Source: Burkholderiaceae bacterium | Lineage (GTDB): Bacteria; Pseudomonadota; Gammaproteobacteria; Burkholderiales; Burkholderiaceae_C | Length of the DNA: 64,000 bases | Direction of reading: 5' to 3' | NCBI GenBank assembly: GCA_024235915.1 | Contig: JACKLO010000025.1 | Span: 3,554 to 67,553, forward strand | Part shown: positions 51,153-59,986 of the stretch, piece by piece | Layout: every line of letters begins with the position of its first letter | Position numbering within the stretch: the first letter of the stretch is position 1 | The notes under the pieces: generated by a model | What the model was told of the DNA's origin: nothing | The model's database searches: none | What the model saw: only the letters and a program-made list of their open reading frames with translations | Position numbers and translations under genes: made by a program

Positions 51153-51827
51153 TCAGCTGATCAGCAGCCGCGACAGCCCGGCGCTGGCGATCTCGCCCAC
51201 GCGCACCAGGAACTCCGTGCCCATGTCGGCCGCGTAACGCGTGGGGTCGGGCGAGCCCAGCACCAGCAGGCCGAAGGTGCCATCGGCGCCGTCGCTGCGG
51301 TGGTCGCGCAGCGGGATCATCGCCATCGACGCCGGCTGGTCCAGCCAGCCCGCGGCCTCGAAGCCGGCGTTCAGGCCGCAGTAGGGCAGCGCCAGGCTGG
51401 CGGCAAAGGTGCGCGCGTCGTCGGTCACCGGCAGGGCAAAGTCTTCGCCCTCGAAGCCGGCGGGCAGCGCCCACAGCCGCAGTGCCGCCTGCGGGATCAT
51501 GAACTCATGCTGCAGCGTGGACACCAGCACGCCCGGCAGCGTGCGCGGCACCGTGGTCAGGAGGATGGTGCGGATCCAGCGGTGCAGGCGGTCGGCGATG
51601 ACCACGTTCTCCTGCCCGTGGCGGATCATCTCGACGATCTTGCGTTCCAGGCCGCGGATGCGCTCGCGCAGCATCTCCATCTGCCGCTCCTGCAGCGACA
51701 CGGCGCGCTGGCCGTGCGGGCTGGTGAGCTGGATGCTGGCCAGCAGTTCGGCATGGCGCTCGAAGAAACCCGGCGTCTGGGCCAGGTACTCGGCGATGTC
51801 GGCTTCGGTGATGCCTTCGATGCTCAT
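51153..51827 (-). CDS. DUF484 (YigA-like) protein
   Basis: IAEYL..TPGFFERH, AVSLQERQ, LVLGSPDPTRY..DMGTEFL. Confidence 0.88.
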   Translation of the reverse strand: MSIEGITEADIAEYLAQTPGFFERHAELLASIQLTSPHGQRAVSLQERQMEMLRERIRGLERKIVEMIRHGQENVVIADRLHRWIRTILLTTVPRTLPGVLVSTLQHEFMIPQAALRLWALPAGFEGEDFALPVTDDARTFAASLALPYCGLNAGFEAAGWLDQPASMAMIPLRDHRSDGADGTFGLLVLGSPDPTRYAADMGTEFLVRVGEIASAGLSRLLIS

Positions 51828-51865
51828 CTCTTTTCCTTGCAGCGCCGCAACATGCGGCCGCTCGC

Positions 51866-52714
51866 TCACAGTTCGATCTCGCCTTCGTACACCGTCTCGG
51901 CCGGCCCGGTCATGCGCACCGCGCCGCCGGCCCATTCGATGCTGAGGCTGCCGCCGCGCAGTTCGGTGTCGACCCGGCCGTCCAGCCAGCCCAGGCGGAT
52001 GCCGGCCACCACCGCGGCGCAGGCACCGGTGCCGCAGGCCAGGGTTTCACCCGCGTCGCGCTCGAACACCCGCAGGCGCACCCGGGTGCGCGACAGCACC
52101 TGCAGGAAACCGACGTTGACCTTGCGTGCAAAGCGCAGGTGCGATTCCAGCGCCGGGCCCAGGGTGGGCACCGGCGCCGCGTCGACGTCGTCCACGCGCA
52201 GCACGGCGTGGGGGTTGCCCATGGACAGCACCGCCACTTCCACGTCGCGCCCGGCCGCCTGCAGCGGCCACAGCGCGAAGCCGTTCTCCAGCCGCGGCGT
52301 CAGGCCCGCCGGGTCGAAGGGCAGTGCGGCGGGCTCGAAGACCGGAGCGCCCATGTCCACGGTGACACGGCCGTCAGGCTCTTCCGTGAGCTCCAGCAAG
52401 CGGTTGACGGTGCGCACGCGCACCGTGGACTTGTCGGTGAGGCCGTGGCTGCGCACGTAGCGCACGAAGCAGCGCGCGCCGTTGCCGCAGTGCTCCACCT
52501 CGGCGCCGCTGGCGCCGTTGAAGATGCGATAGCCGAAATCGACATCCGGGCCCGGCGCCGGGCCGACGACCAGGATCTGGTCGGCCCCGACGCCGAAGCG
52601 GCGGTCACCCAGGAGCTGCAGCTGCGCCGTGCTCAGCGCCAGTGGCGCGTGCGTGGCGTCGAGCACGACGAAGTCGTTGCCCGCACCCTGCATCTTGGTG
52701 AATGGAATCCGCAT
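51866..52714 (-). CDS. dapF: Diaminopimelate epimerase
   Basis: [36 protein letters not shown]. Confidence 0.97.
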   Translation of the reverse strand: MRIPFTKMQGAGNDFVVLDATHAPLALSTAQLQLLGDRRFGVGADQILVVGPAPGPDVDFGYRIFNGASGAEVEHCGNGARCFVRYVRSHGLTDKSTVRVRTVNRLLELTEEPDGRVTVDMGAPVFEPAALPFDPAGLTPRLENGFALWPLQAAGRDVEVAVLSMGNPHAVLRVDDVDAAPVPTLGPALESHLRFARKVNVGFLQVLSRTRVRLRVFERDAGETLACGTGACAAVVAGIRLGWLDGRVDTELRGGSLSIEWAGGAVRMTGPAETVYEGEIEL

Positions 52715-52724
52715 GCCCCGATTC

Positions 52725-53621
52725 TCACGCGTACAGCGGCGGTTCGCCCTCCGGCCGCGTCTTGAAGCGCCGGTGCACCCACAGGTACTGCGCCGGCATG
52801 CGCCGGATCTCGGTCTCGATCCAGGCGTTCATGGTGGCGGCGTCGGCCTCGGGGTCGTCGGTGGGCCAGTGGGTCCAGGGTTCACCGAAGCGCACCCGCC
52901 AGCCCTGGCCACCGGGCAGCATCTCGGCCACCACCGGCTGCACCACCATCTTCAGACCGCGGGCCATCTTCGACGGTGCCGCCAGCGTCGAGGCCGGCAC
53001 GCCAAAGAAGGGGGCGAACACGGTCTCGCGGCGGCCGAAGTCCATGTCCGGCAGGTTGAAGAAGGCCATGCGCCGCTTGCGGATGGCGCGCACCAGCGGC
53101 AGCGCGCCCTGGTCGTGGCGCTCGAAGACCTCGCCGCCGCCAAAGCGCAGGCGGCCACGGCGCATGGCGGCGTCGAACACCGGGTTGCTCTGCGCCTGGT
53201 AGATGGAGCCCACCCATTGGGTCTGGAACAGCTGCGTGGCCACGCCGGCCACGTCCAGCGCCATGAAGTGCGGCACCAGCCACATCACCGGCTGCTCGCT
53301 GCGCGCGGCCAGGCCGATGTCGCCTTCCACGTGGATCAGCCGCTTCAGCCGTTCCGGCGGCGCGTACCAGAGCAGGCCGCGCTCCAGCAGGCTGCGGCCC
53401 AGCCAGCCGAAGTGCTCGCGCACCAGGGCCTCGCGTTCGTCGCGGCCCATGGCCGGGAAACACAGTTCCAGGTTGCGCCGCGCGATGCGCCGGCGGCTGC
53501 CGCCCAGGCGGTAGAGCAGCGCGCCGAAACCTCGGCCCACGGCGGCCTGCACGCCCAGCGGCAGCCACTGCAGCAGCCACAGCGCGCCGAGCAGCAAATG
53601 GGCCATCAGGCGCCCCATCAT
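52725..53621 (-). CDS. Lipid A lauroyl/myristoyl acyltransferase (LpxL/HtrB family)
   Basis: [41 protein letters not shown]. Confidence 0.9.
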   Translation of the reverse strand: MMGRLMAHLLLGALWLLQWLPLGVQAAVGRGFGALLYRLGGSRRRIARRNLELCFPAMGRDEREALVREHFGWLGRSLLERGLLWYAPPERLKRLIHVEGDIGLAARSEQPVMWLVPHFMALDVAGVATQLFQTQWVGSIYQAQSNPVFDAAMRRGRLRFGGGEVFERHDQGALPLVRAIRKRRMAFFNLPDMDFGRRETVFAPFFGVPASTLAAPSKMARGLKMVVQPVVAEMLPGGQGWRVRFGEPWTHWPTDDPEADAATMNAWIETEIRRMPAQYLWVHRRFKTRPEGEPPLYA

Positions 53622-53629
53622 GCCGGCCT

Positions 53630-53697
53630 CCGCCGGGCCGCCCCAAGGTGGCGGGCAGCCCCCAAGATGGGCAGCGAACGAAGTGACCGCGGGACCC
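53630..53697. repeat. REP-like intergenic palindromic repeat, copy 2
   Basis: CCGCCGGGCCGCCCCAAGG (53630-53648) matches 9022-9040 in reverse complement; followed by GCAGCGAACGAAGTGA, similar to CAGCGAACGCAGTGA in the 15.7 kb element. Confidence 0.68.
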
Positions 53698-54540
53698 TCA
53701 TTCGCTGGGCCCCTTGTAGCGGAAATAGCTCCACAGGTACTGGCTGGGGCACTGGCGGATCACCGCCTCCATCGACGCGTTGATGGCGGTGGCCGCGGCC
53801 ACCTCGTCGGCGTCTTCCGCCGGCGGCTGCGCCAGGGGCTGCGCATGCACCACGTAACCCCGCCCGCGCGGCAGCCGTTCACACCACAGCACGGCCAGCG
53901 CCGCGCCGCTCTGGCGCGCCAGGCGCACCGCCAGCGTCATCGTGAAGGCCGGCTGGCCGAAAAACGGCGCCCACACGCCCATGCCCTTGGGTGGTACCTG
54001 GTCGGGCAGCATGCCCACCGTCTGCCCGGCCTTCAGCGCCCGCAGCAGCTGGCGCACGCCGGCCACCGAAGCGGGCGCTGTCATCAGCCCCGGGCGGGCG
54101 CGGGCCGTTTCTTCCAATTCGCGCACGAAGGCATTCTCGGCCGGCCGGTACAGCGCCGTCATCGGCCAGCGCTCGCCGAACCGCTCCGCATAGGCCTGCG
54201 CCGCGACTTCGAAGCTGCCCAGGTGGGGTGTCAGCAGCACCAGGCCGCGGTTGGCCTCGAGCAGGCCGGCGAGCCAGGCGTCGCCATCCCAGCGCACGGG
54301 GTCGGCCAGGGGCCGGCCCGGCGGGCGCAGCCACAGCCGCGGCAGCTCGGCGATCATGCGGCCGGCCTCGGGCACGGCGGCACGCACGGTGTCGGCCCCC
54401 TGCCCGGCCAGCGCGGCGTTGTCGCGCATGCGCTGCCGGTAGCGGCGAGAACCCCACCAGGCCAGCCACCCCAGCATCGCCCCCAAGGCGTGCAGAAGCC
54501 ACAAAGGGCGCCGGCCCAGCCAGCGCAGGAAAGACATCAT
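53698..54540 (-). CDS. Lipid A acyltransferase family paralogue
   Basis: TPHLGSFE, LPDQVP, APFFG, QYLWSYFRYK. Confidence 0.9.
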   Translation of the reverse strand: MMSFLRWLGRRPLWLLHALGAMLGWLAWWGSRRYRQRMRDNAALAGQGADTVRAAVPEAGRMIAELPRLWLRPPGRPLADPVRWDGDAWLAGLLEANRGLVLLTPHLGSFEVAAQAYAERFGERWPMTALYRPAENAFVRELEETARARPGLMTAPASVAGVRQLLRALKAGQTVGMLPDQVPPKGMGVWAPFFGQPAFTMTLAVRLARQSGAALAVLWCERLPRGRGYVVHAQPLAQPPAEDADEVAAATAINASMEAVIRQCPSQYLWSYFRYKGPSE

Positions 54541-54558
54541 GCTTCTTATAATCGGCGG

Positions 54559-54633
54559 GTCGCCGAGTTAAAGGACAACTTGCGGGGCGACGGCGCAAAG
54601 CCCGCTTTGCGCTGCAAATACCGCTAAAGCGTT
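54559..54633 (+). ncRNA. SAM-II (long-loop type) riboswitch
   Basis: GTCGCC-GAGTTAA..TTGCG-GGGCGAC..AAATACCGCTAAAGCG resembles the SAM-II pseudoknot core; TATAAT at 54547-54552; directly upstream of metK. Confidence 0.7.
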
Positions 54634-54691
54634 CGCCGCACTCCAGGCAGCCCGGGTTGGCGACGCGACACTGCAACCTCTGGAGTCTATT

Positions 54692-55873
54692 GTGGCGAAC
54701 GATTTCCTCTTCACCTCCGAATCCGTCTCCGAAGGCCACCCCGACAAGGTGGCCGACCAGGTGTCGGATGCCATCCTCGACGCGATCTTCAAGCAGGACC
54801 CCAAGAGCCGGGTCGCCGCCGAGACGCTGACCAACACCGGCCTCGTGGTGCTGGCCGGCGAGATCACCACCAACGCGGCGGTCGACTACATCCAGGTCGC
54901 GCGCGACACCATCAAGCGCATCGGCTACGACAACACCGAGTACGGCATCGACTACAAGGGCTGCGCGGTGCTGGTGGCCTACGACAAGCAGAGCAACGAC
55001 ATCGCCCAGGGCGTGGACCACGCCAGCGACGACCACCTGAACACCGGCGCCGGCGACCAGGGCCTGATGTTCGGCTACGCCTGCGACGAGACGCCCGAGC
55101 TGATGCCCGCGCCGATCTACTACGCGCACCGCCCGGTGGAGCGCCAGGCCCAGCTGCGCAAGGACGGCCGCCTGCCCTTCCTGCGCCCGGACGCCAAGAG
55201 CCAGGTCACGATGCGCTATGTGGACGGCAAGCCGCACAGCATCGACACCGTGGTGCTGAGCAGCCAGCACAGCCCCGACCAGAGCGAAACCGCCACCAAG
55301 ATGAAGGCCAGCTTCATCGAGGCGGTGATCGAGGAGATCATCAAGCCGGTGCTCCCGAAGGAATGGCTGCAGGACACCAAGTACCTGATCAACCCCACCG
55401 GGCGTTTCGTGGTCGGTGGCCCGCAGGGCGACTGCGGCCTCACCGGCCGCAAGATCATCGTCGACACCTACGGCGGCGCCTGCCCGCACGGCGGTGGCGC
55501 CTTCAGCGGCAAGGACCCGAGCAAGGTGGACCGGTCCGCCGCCTACGCCACGCGCTACGTGGCCAAGAACGTGGTGGCCGCCGGCCTGGCGCGCCAATGC
55601 CAGGTGCAGGTGGCCTATGCCATCGGCGTGGCGCGGCCGATGAACGTGACCGTCTACACCGAAGGCACCGGCGTCATTCCCGACGACGAGATCGCCAAGC
55701 TGGTGATGGCGCACTTCGACCTGCGCCCCAAGGGCATCATCCAGATGCTGGACCTGCTGCGCCCGATCTACGAGAAGACGGCGGCCTACGGCCACTTCGG
55801 CCGCGAAGAACCCGAGTTCACGTGGGAGAGGACCGACAAGGCAGCTGCGCTGCGCGCGGCTGCGGGCCTGTAA
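54692..55873 (+). CDS. metK: S-adenosylmethionine synthetase
   Basis: [55 protein letters not shown]. Confidence 0.98.
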   Translation: MANDFLFTSESVSEGHPDKVADQVSDAILDAIFKQDPKSRVAAETLTNTGLVVLAGEITTNAAVDYIQVARDTIKRIGYDNTEYGIDYKGCAVLVAYDKQSNDIAQGVDHASDDHLNTGAGDQGLMFGYACDETPELMPAPIYYAHRPVERQAQLRKDGRLPFLRPDAKSQVTMRYVDGKPHSIDTVVLSSQHSPDQSETATKMKASFIEAVIEEIIKPVLPKEWLQDTKYLINPTGRFVVGGPQGDCGLTGRKIIVDTYGGACPHGGGAFSGKDPSKVDRSAAYATRYVAKNVVAAGLARQCQVQVAYAIGVARPMNVTVYTEGTGVIPDDEIAKLVMAHFDLRPKGIIQMLDLLRPIYEKTAAYGHFGREEPEFTWERTDKAAALRAAAGL

Positions 55874-55955
55874 GGCCCCGAGCGAAGCGAGCTTGGCGGT
55901 TCTCGGGCGCCGGCCGAAGCGGCGATCGGGCGCCCCGTTGGCCCGCGCCAGCGGC

Positions 55956-56249
55956 CTAACCAGCGAAGCCGGCTTCGCGCTGCGCCCGCAAGCCGAGGAC
56001 CACGACCATGTCGTCCAGCGGGTCGTAGCGGTAGAGCGCCACGTACCCGCGGCCGCCCTGCCCGATGACCAGTTCGCGGCGGGGTGGTTGGGCCGCTCGC
56101 CCGATGAGCGGGTGTCGCTGCAGCAGCTCCAGCGATTCGAGGAGGTCGGCGACACGGGCCGCGATGTCGTCGGCCTCGTGGGCCTCAAGGTGGGCAACGA
56201 TGCGGTCGAGGTCGCGCAGGAAGCCGGCCTCGTAGTGCAGCGCACTCAC
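55956..56249 (-). CDS. RelE/ParE family toxin
   Basis: FLRDLDRI, HPLIGR, RELVI, GYVALYRY, VLGLRAQRE; 4 bp overlap with the upstream antitoxin. Confidence 0.85.
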   Translation of the reverse strand: MSALHYEAGFLRDLDRIVAHLEAHEADDIAARVADLLESLELLQRHPLIGRAAQPPRRELVIGQGGRGYVALYRYDPLDDMVVVLGLRAQREAGFAG

Positions 56250-56578
56250 CCGTCGCCCAGGCGGCGCGCGGATGCACGCAGGCGCTTCAGTTCGTCGGCC
56301 GTCATCCTGCTCGCCACCGGCGGGGTCGGCTTCTCGCCGCGCGCCAGGGCCGTGGCGTAGGTGCGCACCGCTTCCGGCGAGTGGACCTCACCGGTGCGCA
56401 ACATGCGCTTGAAACGCCGCGCAGCCTCGGCCTCGAAGTCCAGGCGCTGTTCCTCCTGCTCGGCCGCACGTGCCACCGCGTCGACCATGAAGGCATGCGC
56501 CGAACTGCCGCGCGCGGCGGCGACCTTCTCGATGCGCTCGCGCAGGTCGTCCGGCAGGCGGATGGTGGTCGTGCTCAT
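56246..56578 (-). CDS. Ribbon-helix-helix (CopG-like) antitoxin
   Basis: MSTTTIRLPDDLRERIEKVAAARGSSAHAFMVDAV. Confidence 0.85.
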   Translation of the reverse strand: MSTTTIRLPDDLRERIEKVAAARGSSAHAFMVDAVARAAEQEEQRLDFEAEAARRFKRMLRTGEVHSPEAVRTYATALARGEKPTPPVASRMTADELKRLRASARRLGDG

Positions 56579-56609
56579 GCGGGTCGGCTCCAGGTCGTGC
56601 CCGAACAAT

Positions 56610-56627
56610 GTAGCACTGTTGTGCTAC
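56610..56627. promoter_or_regulatory. Putative TA autoregulatory operator
   Basis: GTAGCAC-TGTT-GTGCTAC palindrome ~30 bp upstream of the antitoxin, overlapping the stop codon of the RM gene. Confidence 0.65.
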
Positions 56628-59539
56628 GCCCCGGCCCGGGCCCGGTTCAGCGCCAGCAACCGGCGCAGGATCTCATCGTCGGGCATGGCCGGCGTCCAGT
56701 CGGCCCAGCCGTAGGCGGCGGCCACGGCGGCGTCCAGTGCCGCATGGGCGTCGGCCAGCCACGCGGGGCGCTGGTTGTAGAGGTTGGTCAGCGTGCGCTT
56801 GGCCAGGTCCTTCTCGTGGCCCGACTTGGCGACGATGCGGTCCGGGTACGGCGAATGGTCCATGCCCAGCGGCACCACCTCGGGCACGCGCTCGGTCCAT
56901 TCCGGCGGATTCAGCCAGCGGTCGCGCAGCGCCACCAGGCGCGCGGCGGCGCGGGCGATGGCCTCGGCGTGCAGGCGGATGTCGGCCGGCAGGTCGGCCG
57001 GGATCACGGCGCCGTCGGGCAGGGTTTGTGTGCGCTGGTGGGCGGTGTCGGCCGGCGTGAGGCCGGCGGGGAAGGGGAAGGTCTCGAAGGTGCTGGTGGG
57101 GGTGTAGCGCGGGTCATTGCCTACGCCGATCGACGTGCCCATTCGCAGTGACCAGAGTTCATGCAAGCGGCTGTGCAGGACGCCGAAAGTGGTGTCGTCG
57201 GCGCGGGCGACCGTGATCAGCGCCTGATCGGGTGAGGTGCTCACCGGGAGCCAGACGAAGAACCGATGCTTGCTGTGCGCAACGGTGGCTACGAAGCGCG
57301 GCAACGAAGCCATCGCCCGGCGTAGCGCGGGCCGCGCCTCGGCGAAGCGCCACCAGTACTTGCGATAGGCCTCTCGGTTGTTCTTGAGCCGCTCTGCCTT
57401 CACGTGCGCAACGACGTAGGCGAATGGCGCCTCAAACAGTGCCGCCTGATCTTCAGGCAGGGTGACACCGAAGTCGATGATCCACTGATGCTGCGGCCCG
57501 CGGCTCAATTCGAACCCGTTCGCCCAAGGCTTGAGCACATCGCTGTTGGGCCGCCCATGCGGATTTGGCAGCATCAGCCATTGGCGGGCCAAAGCCGCAT
57601 CGATCTCGAACTTGGCCTTCTTCGAGGCGCCCTGGAAGCTCGCGTTCGCGTTCTCTGCGAGCGCCAGTGCTGTACTGAGATTCAGCCCATCACCTGCCTC
57701 ACTTGGCGCCGTCAGATCTGCATAAATCTGCGGAACGGAATTGCCGTTGAGACTCGCGCCACCGTCGCGCCCGAAGGCGATCAGCGAGACCCGAACCGCT
57801 GCGCCGTTGTTGACCCAGGGCTCGTCGCTCCAGGCATCGGTAATGGCAAGGTCGCGCACGATGGCCTCCAGCACGGTGCGATTGGCGCCGCCGCGGATCG
57901 AGTTGGTCGCCACCAGCCCCGCGCGTTGCAATTGGCCGGCCAGGATCTGCTCGCGCGCCCGGTCGAACCAGTAGCACACGAGGTCTGATGCCCCTGGTAC
58001 TCGGGGCGCGTAGGCGCGATCCAACGCCTCGACGTAGGCATCACCCAGCTCGCGCCGCTTGCGGCTCACGCCCACGAACGGCGGATTCCCCACCACCGCA
58101 TCCGCCACCGGCCACGCCGCCGGCGAACCGTCTTCCGCCAGCACGGCGTCCCGACACTCGATGTGGTCCAGCGGTTCCAGCACCGGCTGCGTGCGAAAGC
58201 CGTAGCCGCGCTGGATGCGCCACTGCAGTTCGCCGATCCACACCGTCACGCGCGCCAGTTCGGCAGCGCATTCGTTGAGCTCGATGCCCAGCACGTTGTG
58301 CGGGCCGGTCACGTCGAGCTGGCGCTCCAGGCCCAGGGCCTCAGCCTCCAGGTTCACCTGGTGCTCCAGGTCCTTCAGGTTCTTGAGCGCCAGGTACAGG
58401 AAGTTGCCGCTGCCGCAGGCCGGGTCCAGCACACGGTAGGCCTTCAGCCGCTCCAGAAAGCCCACGAAGGCGGCCTGCGCGTCGCGCCAGGCCTTGTCGC
58501 CGTGCTTCTTGCTCTTGCCCAGCGGCTTCTCGATGGCCGTGCGCACCTCGGCCCATTCCGCCAGCAGCGGCCGCTGCACCACCGGCTCCACCAGCCGCAT
58601 GATGGTGGCCGGGTCGGTGTAGTGCGCCCCCAGCTGCGCGCGCTGCGCCGGATCCAGCCCACGCTCGAACAGCGTGCCGAAGATGCTGGGGTCGATGGCG
58701 CTCCAGTCCAGCAGGCTCGCTTCGCGCAGCGCGGCCACGTCAGGCTCGGCCAGCGCGGGCACCGCCACGTCGGCAAACAGACCGCCGTTGAACCAGGGCA
58801 CGGCGTCCACGCCGAACAGGCCACCGCTGCGCATGGTCTCGAACAGCCGCTGCAGCTGGGCCTGCAGCGCTGGGGCCGGCACCGGGGCGCGCAGCAGGCG
58901 CTCGAACAGGCGTTCGGGCAGCAGAGCGGTGTCTTCGGCGAAGAAGCAGAAGACGCATTGCGTCAGGAAATGGCTCACCTGCTGCGGCGCCACGCCGGCG
59001 GCGCGCAGGCGCTCGGCGGTGCCGGCAAAGGTGCGCGCCGCGGCCTCGGTGATCTCGCGCGTGGTGCGCCGCGGGCGGAAGGCGTCGGGCTCGGTCCACA
59101 GCCGGCGCAGCAGCTGCTGCACCTCCGGCCGCACGATCTGCGCCAGGTCCACGCGGTGGCACTCGCTGGGCGTGCCGGTGAAGTGGGTGTGGATCTCCAG
59201 CACGCGCCGGTCGCTCACCACCAGCAGCGGCGGGTTTTCCAGCGGCAGCGCGTACATCATCAGCTGCTTGAGCGCCGGCTCCAGCTTCACGCCCGGGGCC
59301 TTGTATTCCCAGGCGAAGTGGCCGCGCAGCCAGACGTCGGCAAAGCCGTCCCGCCGACCGCTGGCACTGCCGGTCTTGGTGAGCCCGCGCTCGAAGCAGT
59401 AGCGCTCGGGGTCGCCGGGTTCGGGCACGCCGAGCACGCGGCACAGGTCGATGAAGTGGGCCTGCGCGCCGGCGCGTTCGTTCAGCGCGTCGGCGGCGGC
59501 GCCGGGCGCCCACTTGCGGAGGAAGTCGCTGGCCTGCAT
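56624..59539 (-). CDS. MmeI-like type IIL/IIG restriction-modification enzyme (nuclease, N6A methyltransferase, TRD)
   Basis: FADVW..FAWEYK (PD-ExK), FNGGLF, IFGTLFE, GAHYT, VLDPACGSGNFL (motif I), VGNPPF (motif IV), ATNSI, PRYTPTSTFETFPFP, RTLTNLYN; 971 aa. Confidence 0.88.
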   Translation of the reverse strand: MQASDFLRKWAPGAAADALNERAGAQAHFIDLCRVLGVPEPGDPERYCFERGLTKTGSASGRRDGFADVWLRGHFAWEYKAPGVKLEPALKQLMMYALPLENPPLLVVSDRRVLEIHTHFTGTPSECHRVDLAQIVRPEVQQLLRRLWTEPDAFRPRRTTREITEAAARTFAGTAERLRAAGVAPQQVSHFLTQCVFCFFAEDTALLPERLFERLLRAPVPAPALQAQLQRLFETMRSGGLFGVDAVPWFNGGLFADVAVPALAEPDVAALREASLLDWSAIDPSIFGTLFERGLDPAQRAQLGAHYTDPATIMRLVEPVVQRPLLAEWAEVRTAIEKPLGKSKKHGDKAWRDAQAAFVGFLERLKAYRVLDPACGSGNFLYLALKNLKDLEHQVNLEAEALGLERQLDVTGPHNVLGIELNECAAELARVTVWIGELQWRIQRGYGFRTQPVLEPLDHIECRDAVLAEDGSPAAWPVADAVVGNPPFVGVSRKRRELGDAYVEALDRAYAPRVPGASDLVCYWFDRAREQILAGQLQRAGLVATNSIRGGANRTVLEAIVRDLAITDAWSDEPWVNNGAAVRVSLIAFGRDGGASLNGNSVPQIYADLTAPSEAGDGLNLSTALALAENANASFQGASKKAKFEIDAALARQWLMLPNPHGRPNSDVLKPWANGFELSRGPQHQWIIDFGVTLPEDQAALFEAPFAYVVAHVKAERLKNNREAYRKYWWRFAEARPALRRAMASLPRFVATVAHSKHRFFVWLPVSTSPDQALITVARADDTTFGVLHSRLHELWSLRMGTSIGVGNDPRYTPTSTFETFPFPAGLTPADTAHQRTQTLPDGAVIPADLPADIRLHAEAIARAAARLVALRDRWLNPPEWTERVPEVVPLGMDHSPYPDRIVAKSGHEKDLAKRTLTNLYNQRPAWLADAHAALDAAVAAAYGWADWTPAMPDDEILRRLLALNRARAGA

Positions 59540-59594
59540 GGCGCCGCATTCTGCGGCCAGCAGGCGTCGGTGGCTTCTGGCGTCAGTGCACCGG

Positions 59595-59888
59595 TCAGTG
59601 CACCTGCCCCGCCACCGGCAGCCGCTCGTAGTCGGCAAACAGCGTCACCGCCGCCGCGCGCAGCTTGCGGCTGGCGCTGGTGTGGCCCAGGGCCATGCGG
59701 TCGTAGGCGTAGAGCCGGTCGTGGCACATGCGTGGCAGGTCCACCGGCCAGCCTTCGGCGGCCATGAGGTCGCGGAACGCCGACAGGCGCGACACCGGCA
59801 CATCGGCCACCACCGCGTGCAGCGGGGCCGGTTCGTAGGACGGGCGGCAGGGCGGGCGGCGGGTCGGCGGCTGGGTGGGCGACGTCAT
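59595..59888 (-). CDS. Small hypothetical protein (97 aa)
   Basis: CAGGAG RBS before ATG; fills the gap between GGDEF and RM genes; sequence FRDLMAAEGWPVDLPRMCHDRLYA. Confidence 0.6.
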   Translation of the reverse strand: MTSPTQPPTRRPPCRPSYEPAPLHAVVADVPVSRLSAFRDLMAAEGWPVDLPRMCHDRLYAYDRMALGHTSASRKLRAAAVTLFADYERLPVAGQVH

Positions 59889-59986
59889 GGGCGGCTCCTG
59901 CGCCGCGGCGTGCTGGCTACGCAGCGCCATCGTGACGCCGCCTGCCCCCGGCCATCCGCCGAACATCGGGGCCTTCGCGGCACAGT

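Noticed and set aside
55120-55150. Odd residues in conserved proteins (Met[20 protein letters not shown]13 QMSRLDD)
   Set aside because: Single substitutions in a sequence showing other signs of error; no functional claim is possible without reads.
56624-59539. RM gene as BREX PglX or DISARM methylase
   Set aside because: No brx/pgl/drm partner genes; the N-terminal nuclease motif and overall architecture fit a stand-alone MmeI-like enzyme.
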